This document shows positions 9,299 through 18,766 of a stretch of 44,123 bases of DNA, one piece after another. The notes under the pieces are model-generated. The model was given only the letters and a program-made list of their open reading frames with translations. It was not told the DNA's origin and did no database searches. Position 1 is the first letter of the stretch, and every line of letters begins with the position of its first letter. A program made the position numbers and the translations under genes. Location: positions 1 to 44,123 of the forward strand of contig CAYOVI010000002.1 of assembly GCA_964407365.1 (NCBI GenBank). Reading direction: 5' to 3'. This stretch comes from an uncultured Ferrithrix sp. Its GTDB lineage: Bacteria > Actinomycetota > Acidimicrobiia > Acidimicrobiales > Ilumatobacteraceae.

Positions 9299-10414
9299 CT
9301 AATCAAATAGTGCGTCGACAAACTCACGAGGATTGAACGCAACCAGATCGTCGATGCTTTCGCCGAGACCGACAAGCTTGACCGGTATCTGCAACTCGGT
9401 TTCTATTGCAAAGACGATGCCGCCCTTGGCCGAACCGTCAAGCTTCGTCAACACAACCCCCGTTACCTGGGTTGCTTGAGCAAATTGCCTTGCTTGTGAG
9501 AGGCCGTTTTGCCCGGTTGTTGCGTCGATCACGAGCAAAACCTCAGTTACTTTGCCACTGGCTTTGTCTGCGACGCGACGAATTTTTGTCAACTCTTCCA
9601 TCAAATTGGTGTTGTTTTGCAAGCGACCCGCGGTGTCGGCGAGCACCAGATCGATGTTCTTTGCTGTTGCGCGAGCAACGCCGTCAAAAACTACCGAACT
9701 CGGGTCGCCACCCTCGTTGCCCCGCACAATTTGAGCGCCTGTGCGCTCGGCCCAAGTCTCGAGTTGATCGGCGGCAGCCGCGCGAAACGTGTCGCCCGCA
9801 GCCATCAATACAGAGCGACCGAGTTTTCCCTGCTGGGCGGCAAGTTTGCCAATTGTCGTTGTCTTGCCCACACCATTGACACCCACGATCAGCCAGATGT
9901 TTGGCGCATTCAAACTGACGTCAAAATTAAGTTCGCGCGAACTCACTGCAAGTTGTGATGACATTGCATCACGCAGAGCGATCTGCAAGTCGCGCGGTTG
10001 AACTATCTTTTTGGCTTTGACCAACTCGCGCAATGGTGCGAGCACCTTTGTCATCGTTGCAACGCCCAAGTCTGCGCGCAACAACACCTCTTCTAGGTCG
10101 TCCCAAGTTTGTTGATCTATCAAAGAGCGAGTTAGGGCACTAGTGATCGCGTTAGAAAACGACGAACGCATCCGGTTTGCCAGCGTTAGTTCGGTGGTTT
10201 CGGCCTGTGGTTCGTGTGAAATCGGTGACGAAGTAGTCGGCGAATTTGGGAGCAAAATTGATACCGAGTTTGTGCTTGGTATCGAACCTGATTTGCGTCG
10301 AGCAATTAAAACGACACCGAGACCAAAAACCACCACCAGCAAGGTGAGGGCCAACAAAACTGTCGGAATGGTTTCAAGAGACAGCAATGGCGCAAAAATT
10401 TCAAGCGCAAACAT
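9299..10414 (-). CDS. ftsY: Signal recognition particle receptor FtsY with an N-terminal membrane anchor
   Basis: NG domain with GVNGVGKTTTIGKLA, DTAGRLQN and TKLDGSAKGG. The N-terminal hydrophobic segment is TVLLALTLLVVVFGLGVVLIA. Confidence 0.93.
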   Translation of the reverse strand: MFALEIFAPLLSLETIPTVLLALTLLVVVFGLGVVLIARRKSGSIPSTNSVSILLPNSPTTSSPISHEPQAETTELTLANRMRSSFSNAITSALTRSLIDQQTWDDLEEVLLRADLGVATMTKVLAPLRELVKAKKIVQPRDLQIALRDAMSSQLAVSSRELNFDVSLNAPNIWLIVGVNGVGKTTTIGKLAAQQGKLGRSVLMAAGDTFRAAAADQLETWAERTGAQIVRGNEGGDPSSVVFDGVARATAKNIDLVLADTAGRLQNNTNLMEELTKIRRVADKASGKVTEVLLVIDATTGQNGLSQARQFAQATQVTGVVLTKLDGSAKGGIVFAIETELQIPVKLVGLGESIDDLVAFNPREFVDALFD

Positions 10415-10422
10415 AAAACATT

Positions 10423-13400
10423 TTATGCTGACTGTGCTGTGACGCGCTCCACGACGACTCGCGACGAACCGCCGGGCTGCATCGTCACGCCAAGCAACGA
10501 ATCTCCGGCTTCCATAGTTCGTTTTTGATGGCTGACGATCAAGAGTTGCGCTTCTTGTCTGAACTCATGAACAAGGGCCAAGAACCTGTGCAGGTTCACA
10601 TCGTCAAGCGCAGCCTCGACTTCGTCCATCACATAAAAAGGCGACGGCCTGCTTCTGAACACCGCAAACAAATAAGCAAGCGCCGTCAGCGAACGCTCAC
10701 CACCAGAAAGTAGCGAGAGTTTCTTGACATTCTTGCCACTTGGTTTGGCCTCGACTTCGATGCCCGTATTGAGCAAGTCATCAGGGTTGGTAAGAGTCAA
10801 ACGACCGGTGCCACCAGGAAACAGCATCGCGAACAATTTCGTGAAGTTATCTCGCACGTCTGCATATGCCGAGGCAAAGCTGCTTTGAATCTCTTGGTCG
10901 ACCTGCTTTATAACCTTCATCAATTCACGGCGCGAGTTTTTAACGTCGTCGAGTTGCTCTTCTAAGAAGGTGTTGCGCAACTGCAACTCGGTAAATTCTT
11001 CGAGAGCCAACGGGTTGATCGGGCCCATCAGTCGTAGTTCACGCTCAAGTTCTCGCTGCCGCGCCAACGGGTTGGTGCCCTCTGGCAACTCGGGCATCGG
11101 AGTATCAATGGCTCGTTGTGGCTCAACTTCGAGATCGCGACGCAAAGTCTCAGTTGCCCCTTCAAGGCGAACTTTGACTTCTGACTCCTCAAGTTCGACA
11201 CGTCGATTGCGCTCGCGCTGAGCCTCGAGTTGTTTTTCTATATCAGAGCGTTCGCGACGGGCTTCGTCGAGCCGATGTGAAATTTCGCGAACCTCGCCCG
11301 ATTGACGGCGACGCAACTCTTGCAATTCAACCTGTCGAGTCTCAAGGGTATTCACATGACCCTCGACAATGCTCGACAGTCGCAAAACTGCGCCTAACAA
11401 AGCTTCGACCCGGCCCCGTTGCTCGGCGGCGGCACTTCTGGCGCCCTGATCTGCTTGCAACCTCGACTCGAGCTCTGCAAGTCGAGCATCAACTAGAACT
11501 TTGCGCTCCCCCAAACCTGCAGACTTGGCCTCAAAGTCGCGGCGACGAATAGCCACCGCATTCGCTCGGCTCTCAATGTCAACCTCGCTCGAGCGCGCCC
11601 CGGCAAGTCGCTCTCGCACGCTTGAAACTTCGACTCGACGCAAATTGAGGGCCGCCTCGGCATCAGCCAGGCTTGCCGCACTGGCTATCGCCCGCGCTTC
11701 TGCCTTGGCAAGAGCCGCCGAAGTCACCGCATTTGGCCCCACACGCAGTGAACTCGTGGCAAGTCGATCGCCATTGACGGTGACGACCACGACGTCGGGC
11801 TGTTCGAGCACGATTTCAATCCCGCGCTCGAACAAATCAACGAACACGACTTTGGCCAACAATGCGTCTAGCAAAGAGTCGACGGCGTAAGCATGAGCAC
11901 CCGACTTTGCGCGAACAAACGACCGCAAAGAAGTCGCACCCTGCACAGCTATTGGTGCGACCTTCGTCGTCCATTCACCCAATGACACAACTGCACCCAT
12001 AGCATCAGACTTACGAAGTTTGGTCAGTGCTTCACGAGCACTTGTCGAGTCTGACATCACAATCGCATTCAAAGCGTCGGACAACCCGGCGTGCACCGCA
12101 ATTTGCCAATCTGGTTCAACTTCGATCAATTCACTCAGTGCACCCAGGGCACCCGATGCACCTTCGAGTTCACCCAGGGTCGAGGCATTTGCCGCAAGTG
12201 AGGCGCGCAATGTTTCAACACGTGCTGTGTCTGCAGCGCCGATGGCCATGCACTTTGCAAAAAGTGTGTTAGCGGCATCGAGAGCAGATTCTGCGTCGCG
12301 CACTGCTTGCTGGGCTGCTTGGGCGTCCTGGGCCTGATCGGCGACGAGCGCAGCTTCGTCTCGCGCCAACTCAATTTCTTGCGCAGTCAACTCGGCCAAG
12401 GCCGCTGAAACCCGTGCGAGTTCTTCGCGAGCACCGGCCGCATCGGCCTCGAGTGACGCAACGACCCCAGAGTCCATCAATTGGCCGCGGTCTCGCTCGA
12501 TCGAACGTCGACGCTCTGCCAGCACGGCAATCTGACCTCTCGCACGTCCCAAAAGTTTTTCGACCTGCACCAGATCATCGCTCGTGCCAGACTCGCCACG
12601 AGCCGTAAGTTCGGCTTCGTCAGCCATGACGGCCGTGTCAAGACTTGCCAGTCTGGTGCGCAGGGCTTTTTCGTTTGTCTCTCCTTCGACTTTGGCGGCA
12701 GCCGAACTCTCTAATCGTGATTGCAACGCCGCTATTTCTCGACCCGCAATATATAGGTTCAACTTTCTCAACTCTGAAGCCACAGCACCGTGACGACGTG
12801 CGGCGTCGGCCTGTCGTTCGAGCGGGCGCAACTGGCGGCGAACCTCACGCAACAAGTCTTGGGCACGCAACAAGTTCGCTTCGGTGCCCTCGAGACGTCG
12901 CTCTGCTTTTTCTTTTCTCTTGCGATGCTTGAGCACACCCGAAGCCTCTTCGATAATCAACCGACGATCTTCTGGTCGCGCGTTGAGCACCGCATCAATT
13001 TGGCCTTGGCTGACGATCACGTGTTGTTGTCGACCTACGCCAGCGTCAGAAAGCAACTCTTGCACGTCGAGCAACCGACAATTTATGCCGTTGATCGCAT
13101 ATTCGCTTTCTCCACTTCGAAACAAAGTTCGACTGACGCTGACCTCAGAAAACTCGATGGGCAACAGACCTGCCGAATTGTCGATCGTCAATACCACCTC
13201 GGCTCGACCCAAAGCGGGTCGCTTCGCTGTGCCCTGAAAAATGACATCATCCATTTTTTGACTGCGCACCGAACTAGGCGCCTGGGCACCCAAAACCCAG
13301 GCAATTGCGTCGACAACATTTGACTTGCCCGAGCCATTTGGTCCGACCACCACGGTCACCCCGGGCTCAAGCTCTAAAACCGTGGTGTCAGCAAACGACT

Positions 13401-13434
13401 TGAAACCTTTTAGCGTCAGCGACTTAAGAAACAT
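10423..13434 (-). CDS. smc: Chromosome partition protein Smc (short form, 1003 aa)
   Basis: Has Walker A GPNGSGKSN, a long Ala/Glu/Arg-rich coiled coil, a central hinge-like block (ELIEVEPDWQIAVHAGLSDALNAIVMSD), signature LSGGERSLTALA and Walker B YVMDEVEAALD. It occupies the canonical position between mutM and ftsY. Confidence 0.9.
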   Translation of the reverse strand: MFLKSLTLKGFKSFADTTVLELEPGVTVVVGPNGSGKSNVVDAIAWVLGAQAPSSVRSQKMDDVIFQGTAKRPALGRAEVVLTIDNSAGLLPIEFSEVSVSRTLFRSGESEYAINGINCRLLDVQELLSDAGVGRQQHVIVSQGQIDAVLNARPEDRRLIIEEASGVLKHRKRKEKAERRLEGTEANLLRAQDLLREVRRQLRPLERQADAARRHGAVASELRKLNLYIAGREIAALQSRLESSAAAKVEGETNEKALRTRLASLDTAVMADEAELTARGESGTSDDLVQVEKLLGRARGQIAVLAERRRSIERDRGQLMDSGVVASLEADAAGAREELARVSAALAELTAQEIELARDEAALVADQAQDAQAAQQAVRDAESALDAANTLFAKCMAIGAADTARVETLRASLAANASTLGELEGASGALGALSELIEVEPDWQIAVHAGLSDALNAIVMSDSTSAREALTKLRKSDAMGAVVSLGEWTTKVAPIAVQGATSLRSFVRAKSGAHAYAVDSLLDALLAKVVFVDLFERGIEIVLEQPDVVVVTVNGDRLATSSLRVGPNAVTSAALAKAEARAIASAASLADAEAALNLRRVEVSSVRERLAGARSSEVDIESRANAVAIRRRDFEAKSAGLGERKVLVDARLAELESRLQADQGARSAAAEQRGRVEALLGAVLRLSSIVEGHVNTLETRQVELQELRRRQSGEVREISHRLDEARRERSDIEKQLEAQRERNRRVELEESEVKVRLEGATETLRRDLEVEPQRAIDTPMPELPEGTNPLARQRELERELRLMGPINPLALEEFTELQLRNTFLEEQLDDVKNSRRELMKVIKQVDQEIQSSFASAYADVRDNFTKLFAMLFPGGTGRLTLTNPDDLLNTGIEVEAKPSGKNVKKLSLLSGGERSLTALAYLFAVFRSRPSPFYVMDEVEAALDDVNLHRFLALVHEFRQEAQLLIVSHQKRTMEAGDSLLGVTMQPGGSSRVVVERVTAQSA

Positions 13435-13478
13435 CTCGTCGCCGAGATTACTTCATATAACAAGGCAAATCTTGAAAC

Positions 13479-14327
13479 TCAAGTTTGACAGACTGAGCAA
13501 TAACAAGTCGTTCGCCCCGCAACTAGCGTCATCAAGATTCGACCTTTTCCACAGGTCAAACACGGCAATCCACCTCGCCCGTAAACGCGATGGTCCTCTT
13601 GAAAACTGCCGGTTTGGCCCTCTAGATCAACATATTGGGTGTCTTTCAGGGTGCTTCCCCCGGCTGCGACCGCGTTGGTCAGAACTTCCACGATGGCCAA
13701 ATGCAACCTGAGCAAATTTGCCTTTGTCAACCGGCTAGGCAAGCGATCGGGGCGCAACTTTGCGCGATGCAAAATTTCATCGGCATAAATATTGCCGATT
13801 CCCGCCAAACAGTGCTGGTTCAACAAAAGTGCCTTTAGGTTTCCGCGACGATCTTTAAACAGCCGCTTCAGTGTTTCTGGTTGAAATTCATCAGTCAAAG
13901 GGTCCACGCCCAAATTCGCCAGGTCGGGCATCTGGCTTTCAATTTTGTCGGGATCAAATACGACAACCTCGCCAAATGTTCGTGGGTCGACAAACCATAA
14001 CTCACTTTCTATTGATTTCTTTCTTGAAAGGTGCATTACGACGTGCGTGTGGGCCGGACGTATCGCATTGGGCTTAGCGATGATCAACCTGCCACTCATC
14101 CGCAGGTGCATCATCAATTTTTGCCCCGAATCCAAATCGCAAATTAAATATTTTCCGCGCCGACCAGCTGAGGTCACTTTTACCCCGGTCAAGCCATCGA
14201 TTAGCGCCTCGCGACTGGTGCGACGCACGGTTCTCTCGCGTCCGACTTCAACTTTGATGATCGTGCGACCAACCAGACTGCGTTGCAAACCTCGTCTGAC
14301 AGTTTCAACCTCTGGCAACTCTGGCAT
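13479..14327 (-). CDS. mutM: Formamidopyrimidine-DNA glycosylase
   Basis: N-terminal MPELPEVETVRRGL (catalytic Pro2/Glu3), an H2TH region, and a C-terminal zinc finger CLTCG...CYCSVCQ. Confidence 0.92.
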   Translation of the reverse strand: MPELPEVETVRRGLQRSLVGRTIIKVEVGRERTVRRTSREALIDGLTGVKVTSAGRRGKYLICDLDSGQKLMMHLRMSGRLIIAKPNAIRPAHTHVVMHLSRKKSIESELWFVDPRTFGEVVVFDPDKIESQMPDLANLGVDPLTDEFQPETLKRLFKDRRGNLKALLLNQHCLAGIGNIYADEILHRAKLRPDRLPSRLTKANLLRLHLAIVEVLTNAVAAGGSTLKDTQYVDLEGQTGSFQEDHRVYGRGGLPCLTCGKGRILMTLVAGRTTCYCSVCQT

Positions 14328-14351
14328 ATTTGCTTGAAAATTTCTTGAATT

Positions 14352-15062
14352 CTAAAGATGTTGCAAAACATCAAAGGCTTGCTGGGCGGCCTGTTCTTCT
14401 GCGTTTTTCTTCGATCTTCCCGAACCATTGCCTAAAAGTTCGCCATCGACGAATACGTCGGCATAAAAAATTTTGGCATGATCGGGGCCATCGTCGGTTA
14501 CCCGATATTCAGGCATCGCACGCCCCAGTCGAGCGGTCAACTCTTGCAGTTGCGATTTAGAATCAAGGCGCTTCAAGGCACTTAGGGCTTCGTCAATCGG
14601 AGCAGCCAGCAAATTCATCGCAACTGAGCATGCACGATGCGCATCTGAATCAAGAAAAATTGCGCCGAAAATCGCCTCGAATGCATTTGCCAAGATCGAC
14701 GTCTTTGTGCGGCCACCGCCAGCCTCTTCGCCTCGTCCAAGCAAAATGAATTCGCCAAGACCAAGTTTCAAAGCCTCGCGCGACAAAGCCGTTGTATTCA
14801 CCACTATCTTGCGCAGGTCTGTCAACTTTCCTTCGTCAAAATCTGGATAACGCCGATACATCACCTCAGCGACGACAAAGCCGAGAAGCGAGTCACCCAA
14901 AAACTCGAGTCGCTCATTTGACACGTGGTCGGGATTCTCGGCTGTCCACGAACTGTGACGAAGCGCAGTTGCGAGCAAACCTATGTCGTTGAACTGATAG
15001 CCGATCTTGTCTGACAATCTCGAAAGCGATTCAGCCGTCGCATCGTTTGAAGAGTTGGGCAC
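14352..15062 (-). CDS. rnc: Ribonuclease III
   Basis: Contains the RNase III signature NERLEFLGDS and a C-terminal dsRBD. The ORF-track start (TTG at 15113) overlaps plsX by 47 nt. The in-frame GTG at 15062 lies 4 nt after the plsX stop. The start remains uncertain between the two. Confidence 0.88.
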   Translation of the reverse strand: MPNSSNDATAESLSRLSDKIGYQFNDIGLLATALRHSSWTAENPDHVSNERLEFLGDSLLGFVVAEVMYRRYPDFDEGKLTDLRKIVVNTTALSREALKLGLGEFILLGRGEEAGGGRTKTSILANAFEAIFGAIFLDSDAHRACSVAMNLLAAPIDEALSALKRLDSKSQLQELTARLGRAMPEYRVTDDGPDHAKIFYADVFVDGELLGNGSGRSKKNAEEQAAQQAFDVLQHL

Positions 15063-15066
15063 GAGT

Positions 15067-16035
15067 TTATTTTTGCACGGCTTGGCGAATCTTGCCGACC
15101 ATGTCGACTTCAACCATTTCTTTTGCCACCTTGATGCCGTTCAACATCGCCCGCGAACCAGACGAGCCGTGAGAGATGATGCACACACCGTCGACGCCAA
15201 GCAAGATCGCCCCGCCATAAGTATCAGGATCGAATGTCGCATACAAACTCAATAGAGCGGGCATAATCCCATCGGCGTGCACTTTGTATTCAGGTGCACC
15301 GATCGCGGCAAACAACGCCTTGACGACCCCGCGCATGGTGCCTTCTAAAGTTTTCAAAGCGACGTTGCCGGTGAAGCCGTCGGTGACCACGACATCGACC
15401 TTGTCTGTCATAATGTCGCGACCTTCGACGTTGCCGATGAAGTTCAAATTTGTGGCTCCAGAAAATAATTCGAAGGCCTGTTTTCGCAATGTGTCTCCCT
15501 TGCCTGGCTCTTCGCCAATCGAGAGCAGACCTACACGAGGCTTTTTGACACCGAATCGAGCATCGGCGTAGACACTTCCCATCAGACCGAACTGCACTAG
15601 CCACTCGGGCTCAACTTCGGCATTTGCCCCGGCATCGAGCAACACAGTCGGTGTCGTGCCTGGCGCCGGTATCGGTGTGGCTATCGCCGGTCGCTTGACG
15701 CCAGCTATGCGACCCATGCGCAAAAGTGCCGATGCCATGGTTGCCCCGGTGTTGCCAGCCGAAATCATTGCGCTCGCCTTGCCATCTCGCACCGCTTCGG
15801 CCGCGCGCACGAGCGTCGAATCTTTTTTGTTGCGCACCGAACTAGCGGCGTCTTCGTGCATTTCAATGACTTCGCTCGCCTCGATCAACTTGAAGCCTTC
15901 GCGACCGATCAAATCTCGCGGTCCGACGAGAACTACGTCGATGCCCGCTGCCACGGCTTCTCGCGCGCCAGCGATTATTTCATCGGGTGCTTTGTCGCCC
16001 CCCAATGCATCAACGGCAATTGGAAGCATCGTCAT
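15067..16035 (-). CDS. plsX: Phosphate acyltransferase PlsX
   Basis: 322 aa with IAVDALGGDKAP and VTDGFTGNV motifs. The rpmF-plsX order is the canonical one. Confidence 0.93.
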   Translation of the reverse strand: MTMLPIAVDALGGDKAPDEIIAGAREAVAAGIDVVLVGPRDLIGREGFKLIEASEVIEMHEDAASSVRNKKDSTLVRAAEAVRDGKASAMISAGNTGATMASALLRMGRIAGVKRPAIATPIPAPGTTPTVLLDAGANAEVEPEWLVQFGLMGSVYADARFGVKKPRVGLLSIGEEPGKGDTLRKQAFELFSGATNLNFIGNVEGRDIMTDKVDVVVTDGFTGNVALKTLEGTMRGVVKALFAAIGAPEYKVHADGIMPALLSLYATFDPDTYGGAILLGVDGVCIISHGSSGSRAMLNGIKVAKEMVEVDMVGKIRQAVQK

Positions 16036-16059
16036 CTCAAACGACGCGAGCGCCGTCGA

Positions 16060-16245
16060 CTAACTCGCGTCGACGTTGACTGCGACGCGACCCTTGTACC
16101 AACCACATGAGCCGCAAACTGTGTGCGGACGCTTTGCTGTGCCGCATCTCGGGCAAACGCTCGAAGTTGGCGCCTTCAGCTTCCAGTTCGCTGCCTGGCG
16201 CATGCGGCCCTTGGCTTTGGATTTCTTTTTCTTTGGAACTGCCAT
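16060..16245 (-). CDS. rpmF: 50S ribosomal protein L32 (zinc-ribbon form)
   Basis: Begins MAVPKKKKSK and contains CPRCG...CGSCG. Confidence 0.93.
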   Translation of the reverse strand: MAVPKKKKSKAKGRMRQAANWKLKAPTSSVCPRCGTAKRPHTVCGSCGWYKGRVAVNVDAS

Positions 16246-16340
16246 CGCAAACTCGGCTTTCGTAAAACTGACTGGAAATTTTTTGTTTGACCGGGCACTA
16301 AGGCTATCGGGGAATCACCGCATTTTGCTCGCCAAAGCTC

Positions 16341-16859
16341 TCACTTAGGTTGGTCTTTGTCGATTTTTAGCGCATCGAGTGCAGCCCACCTCTCGTCGCG
16401 CACTTCGCTTGCACACGAACACGGCGTTGTCTGCAAGTCGGCACCACATTGAGGGCACAAACCTGGGCAATCAACCCGACAGAGCGGCGCAAGTGGCACA
16501 GCCAGCAATACGTTTTCTCTGGTCATCTCTAAAAGATCTAACTGCTCGCCCGATATCGGGTATGCATCGGGGTCGCTAATCACGAGTTGGTACAACTCTT
16601 GAACCTCAACTTCTGCGCGACCCGACAGCGATCGCAGACATCGTCGACATTCGCATCGCCAATCTGCTTGCAAAACACCGCGAACTACGATGCCGTCGGT
16701 GAGCGCCTCGAGGGTCAGGTCTACTGCGACCTTTGAGCCAGCGACAATTCTTTCGTCAGAAAAGTTGAACTCGCTGGCGTCTACCTGTTTTTCAACTTCA
16801 CGGGTGCTTCCGGCGCGCCGAAGCAACTCGGCGATATTGACCAATAAGGGCGACGCCAA
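16341..16859 (-). CDS. DUF177 (YceD-like) protein
   Basis: Contains the Cys cluster CRVDCPGLCPQCG typical of DUF177. Sits directly upstream of rpmF as in most bacteria. TTG start. Confidence 0.85.
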   Translation of the reverse strand: MASPLLVNIAELLRRAGSTREVEKQVDASEFNFSDERIVAGSKVAVDLTLEALTDGIVVRGVLQADWRCECRRCLRSLSGRAEVEVQELYQLVISDPDAYPISGEQLDLLEMTRENVLLAVPLAPLCRVDCPGLCPQCGADLQTTPCSCASEVRDERWAALDALKIDKDQPK

Positions 16860-16865
16860 AACTTT

Positions 16866-17465
16866 TTAAAGCTCTTGGTCTTGATCAAACAGACCCGTTG
16901 CCGTGTCGTCAAGCGAGACTTCGTGGGCCGGTTGTTGAGCGACGATCGACAGTCGGGCTCGTCCCTCGGCAACGGTTTTTGTCAAACGATCAAGCAAAAT
17001 CTCAAAACTTCCGAGACGGCGGTCTAAGAAGTCTTCGGTTTCACTTTTCAGTCTGCGTGAGTCTTCGTTGGCCGCCTCGATAACTTGACGAGCTCGAGCC
17101 TCAGATGCACGCACAACTTCTGTGCGCTGCACCATTCTCTCGGCTTGCACCCTGGCCGCTTCTAAAATCTCGTCTGCTTCGCGTTGGGTCTTGGCCAAGA
17201 AGTCTGCTCGTTCTTTTAGCATCCATCGAGCTTCGCGAATCTCGACGGGCAAACTGTCGAGGGCGTCTTGCAACATACCCAAAACTTCTTCGCGATTAAT
17301 CTTCGGAGCACTCGACAATGCCGCATTTGGTGCACTTGAAATCGCCCCGATGGCCTCTGTAATGAAAGACTCTGAGTCACCAAGTTCGACTGGCACCGTT
17401 TGACCATCGAACGAATTGACGACCTGGTCGTAATTGTCAAAATCATCGTTTTCGTTGTTTGGCAT
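16866..17465 (-). CDS. Coiled-coil protein, DivIVA/ATP-synthase-B-like (Rv2927c/SepIVA-like by position)
   Basis: 199 aa with an acidic N-terminus followed by a long charged helical region (READEILEAARVQAERMVQRTEVVRASEARARQVIEAANEDSRRL). Its position between coaD and DUF177 matches actinobacterial synteny. The homology call is from memory only. Confidence 0.6.
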   Translation of the reverse strand: MPNNENDDFDNYDQVVNSFDGQTVPVELGDSESFITEAIGAISSAPNAALSSAPKINREEVLGMLQDALDSLPVEIREARWMLKERADFLAKTQREADEILEAARVQAERMVQRTEVVRASEARARQVIEAANEDSRRLKSETEDFLDRRLGSFEILLDRLTKTVAEGRARLSIVAQQPAHEVSLDDTATGLFDQDQEL

Positions 17466-17473
17466 AAATCTCC

Positions 17474-17947
17474 TTACTTTTTAATTTTAGTTATTGCCTC
17501 AACTACATCCGACGGCACGAGAGCCGAGACTTCACCACCATTGGAAGCAATGTCGCGAACATATCTGCTGCTGATGAACGAAAACTCGGGTCGGGCAATC
17601 AACAAAACCGTTTCAACCGAGCCCACGGCTCGATTCGTATCGGCCATCTGCACCTCGACATCAAAATCTGCGGCGTTGCGCACGCTCTTGACGATGAAAC
17701 TGGCGTTCAAATTTTTGGCCGCATTTATCGCCAAACCCGAAGCCGATGAAACGGTTACTCCATTTATGTCGCGCGTGGCGGCCTTGACCAGTTCGACGCG
17801 CTCGCTCACCGTGAACATTCCGACTGGTTTTTCTGGGTTGTGCATGACCACCACGCTCACCTCACCAAACAAACTCGCCGCTTGACGCACGATGTCGACA
17901 TGCCCCAAATGAATTGGGTCAAAACTGCCAGGAAACATCACTTTCAT
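17474..17947 (-). CDS. coaD: Phosphopantetheine adenylyltransferase
   Basis: Contains the FPGSFDPIHLGHVDIV (HxGH) motif. The ATG at 17947 follows the rsmD stop at 17956; the ORF-track start at 18022 would overlap rsmD. Confidence 0.92.
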   Translation of the reverse strand: MKVMFPGSFDPIHLGHVDIVRQAASLFGEVSVVVMHNPEKPVGMFTVSERVELVKAATRDINGVTVSSASGLAINAAKNLNASFIVKSVRNAADFDVEVQMADTNRAVGSVETVLLIARPEFSFISSRYVRDIASNGGEVSALVPSDVVEAITKIKK

Positions 17948-17955
17948 TGCAACCT

Positions 17956-18474
17956 CTACGGTACTCGGCGCAAATACGTCACATGGGTGCGCCCGTATCG
18001 CTTTGTGCGAATCGATGCCCATCCTGAAACGCCCGTGATTTCTCGGCCACTTTCAGCCACAACCAGGGGTGCAGAAATTTGATCGAGCAGTTGTTGCCAT
18101 TTACCAAATTCATATGGCGGATCAGCCAAAACGAGGTCAATATCGGTATATCGCCCGAGACCAGAGATCGCATCTGCACGCACGACGGTTGTGCGGCTAG
18201 TCAGATCCAACTTTTTGATGTTTTCATTCAGGCTTGCCAATGCGTCTTTGTCGCGCTCAACGAATGTGCAGTGGCTAGCGCCTCGCGAGAGCGCCTCGAG
18301 TCCCAAAGCCCCTGTGCCGGCGAAGAGATCCAAAACCCTGGCTCCGACGATGACATCCATGCTGTTCAACGCATTGAAAATTGCTTCGCGGGCCATATCT
18401 GTTGTGGGTCGAGTTGTTTGCCCCTCTGGAGCCACAATTTTTCGACCACGCAGTTCACCGGCCACGATTCGCAC
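17956..18474 (-). CDS. rsmD: 16S rRNA (guanine966-N2)-methyltransferase RsmD
   Basis: Contains MRIVAGELRGRKI, DLFAGTGALGLEALSRGA (SAM site) and the LADPPYEF (DPPY) motif. Confidence 0.9.
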   Translation of the reverse strand: MRIVAGELRGRKIVAPEGQTTRPTTDMAREAIFNALNSMDVIVGARVLDLFAGTGALGLEALSRGASHCTFVERDKDALASLNENIKKLDLTSRTTVVRADAISGLGRYTDIDLVLADPPYEFGKWQQLLDQISAPLVVAESGREITGVSGWASIRTKRYGRTHVTYLRRVP

Positions 18475-18547
18475 GACTTCACGCTATTGCCGACGCACGC
18501 ATATTTCAGTCACCAAAAATTTGCCAAACGAGTGATTTAATTGTGCG

Positions 18548-18760
18548 GTGCCGTCACAACATGATCAGCCCGCTGGTTTCGAACCAGAGCGCGCCGTCGC
18601 ACCCAGCGAATCAATCATCTGCGTCGACTGCGGGGGCAACGCGCACCTTTTGACGCATCCCCCAGAAGACGGCTTCTGGCAAGTCGGCGAAGTCGTCGCC
18701 TACAGATGCAAAGACTGTCGCGACCGTTGGGACATCGTTCTCGCTGCTGAAGAAAACTGA
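18548..18760 (+). CDS. Hypothetical small zinc-ribbon protein
   Basis: 70-aa ORF with a GTG start and two CxxC pairs (CVDCGG ... CKDCRD). It is the only plus-strand ORF wedged between rsmD and recG. No family recognised. Confidence 0.45.
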   Translation: MPSQHDQPAGFEPERAVAPSESIICVDCGGNAHLLTHPPEDGFWQVGEVVAYRCKDCRDRWDIVLAAEEN

Positions 18761-18766
18761 CACGAG

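Noticed and set aside
10423-13434. SMC, the UvrD-family helicase (30316-32238), NucS (42173-42832) and YraN (4941-5288) considered as components of a defence system of the Wadjet, Lamassu or Gabija type.
   Set aside because: Each sits in its canonical housekeeping neighbourhood (mutM-smc-ftsY, DUF2469-YraN). None has the partner genes required for those systems (JetABD, LmuA/C, GajA). No mobile-element or island signatures surround them.
16246-16340. The 95-nt gap upstream of rpmF, one of the larger gaps in the minus-strand array, considered as an r-protein leader, riboswitch or small RNA.
   Set aside because: I could not find a convincing stem-loop architecture or a known leader motif by eye. 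It is more simply an internal promoter or RBS spacer between DUF177 and rpmF.
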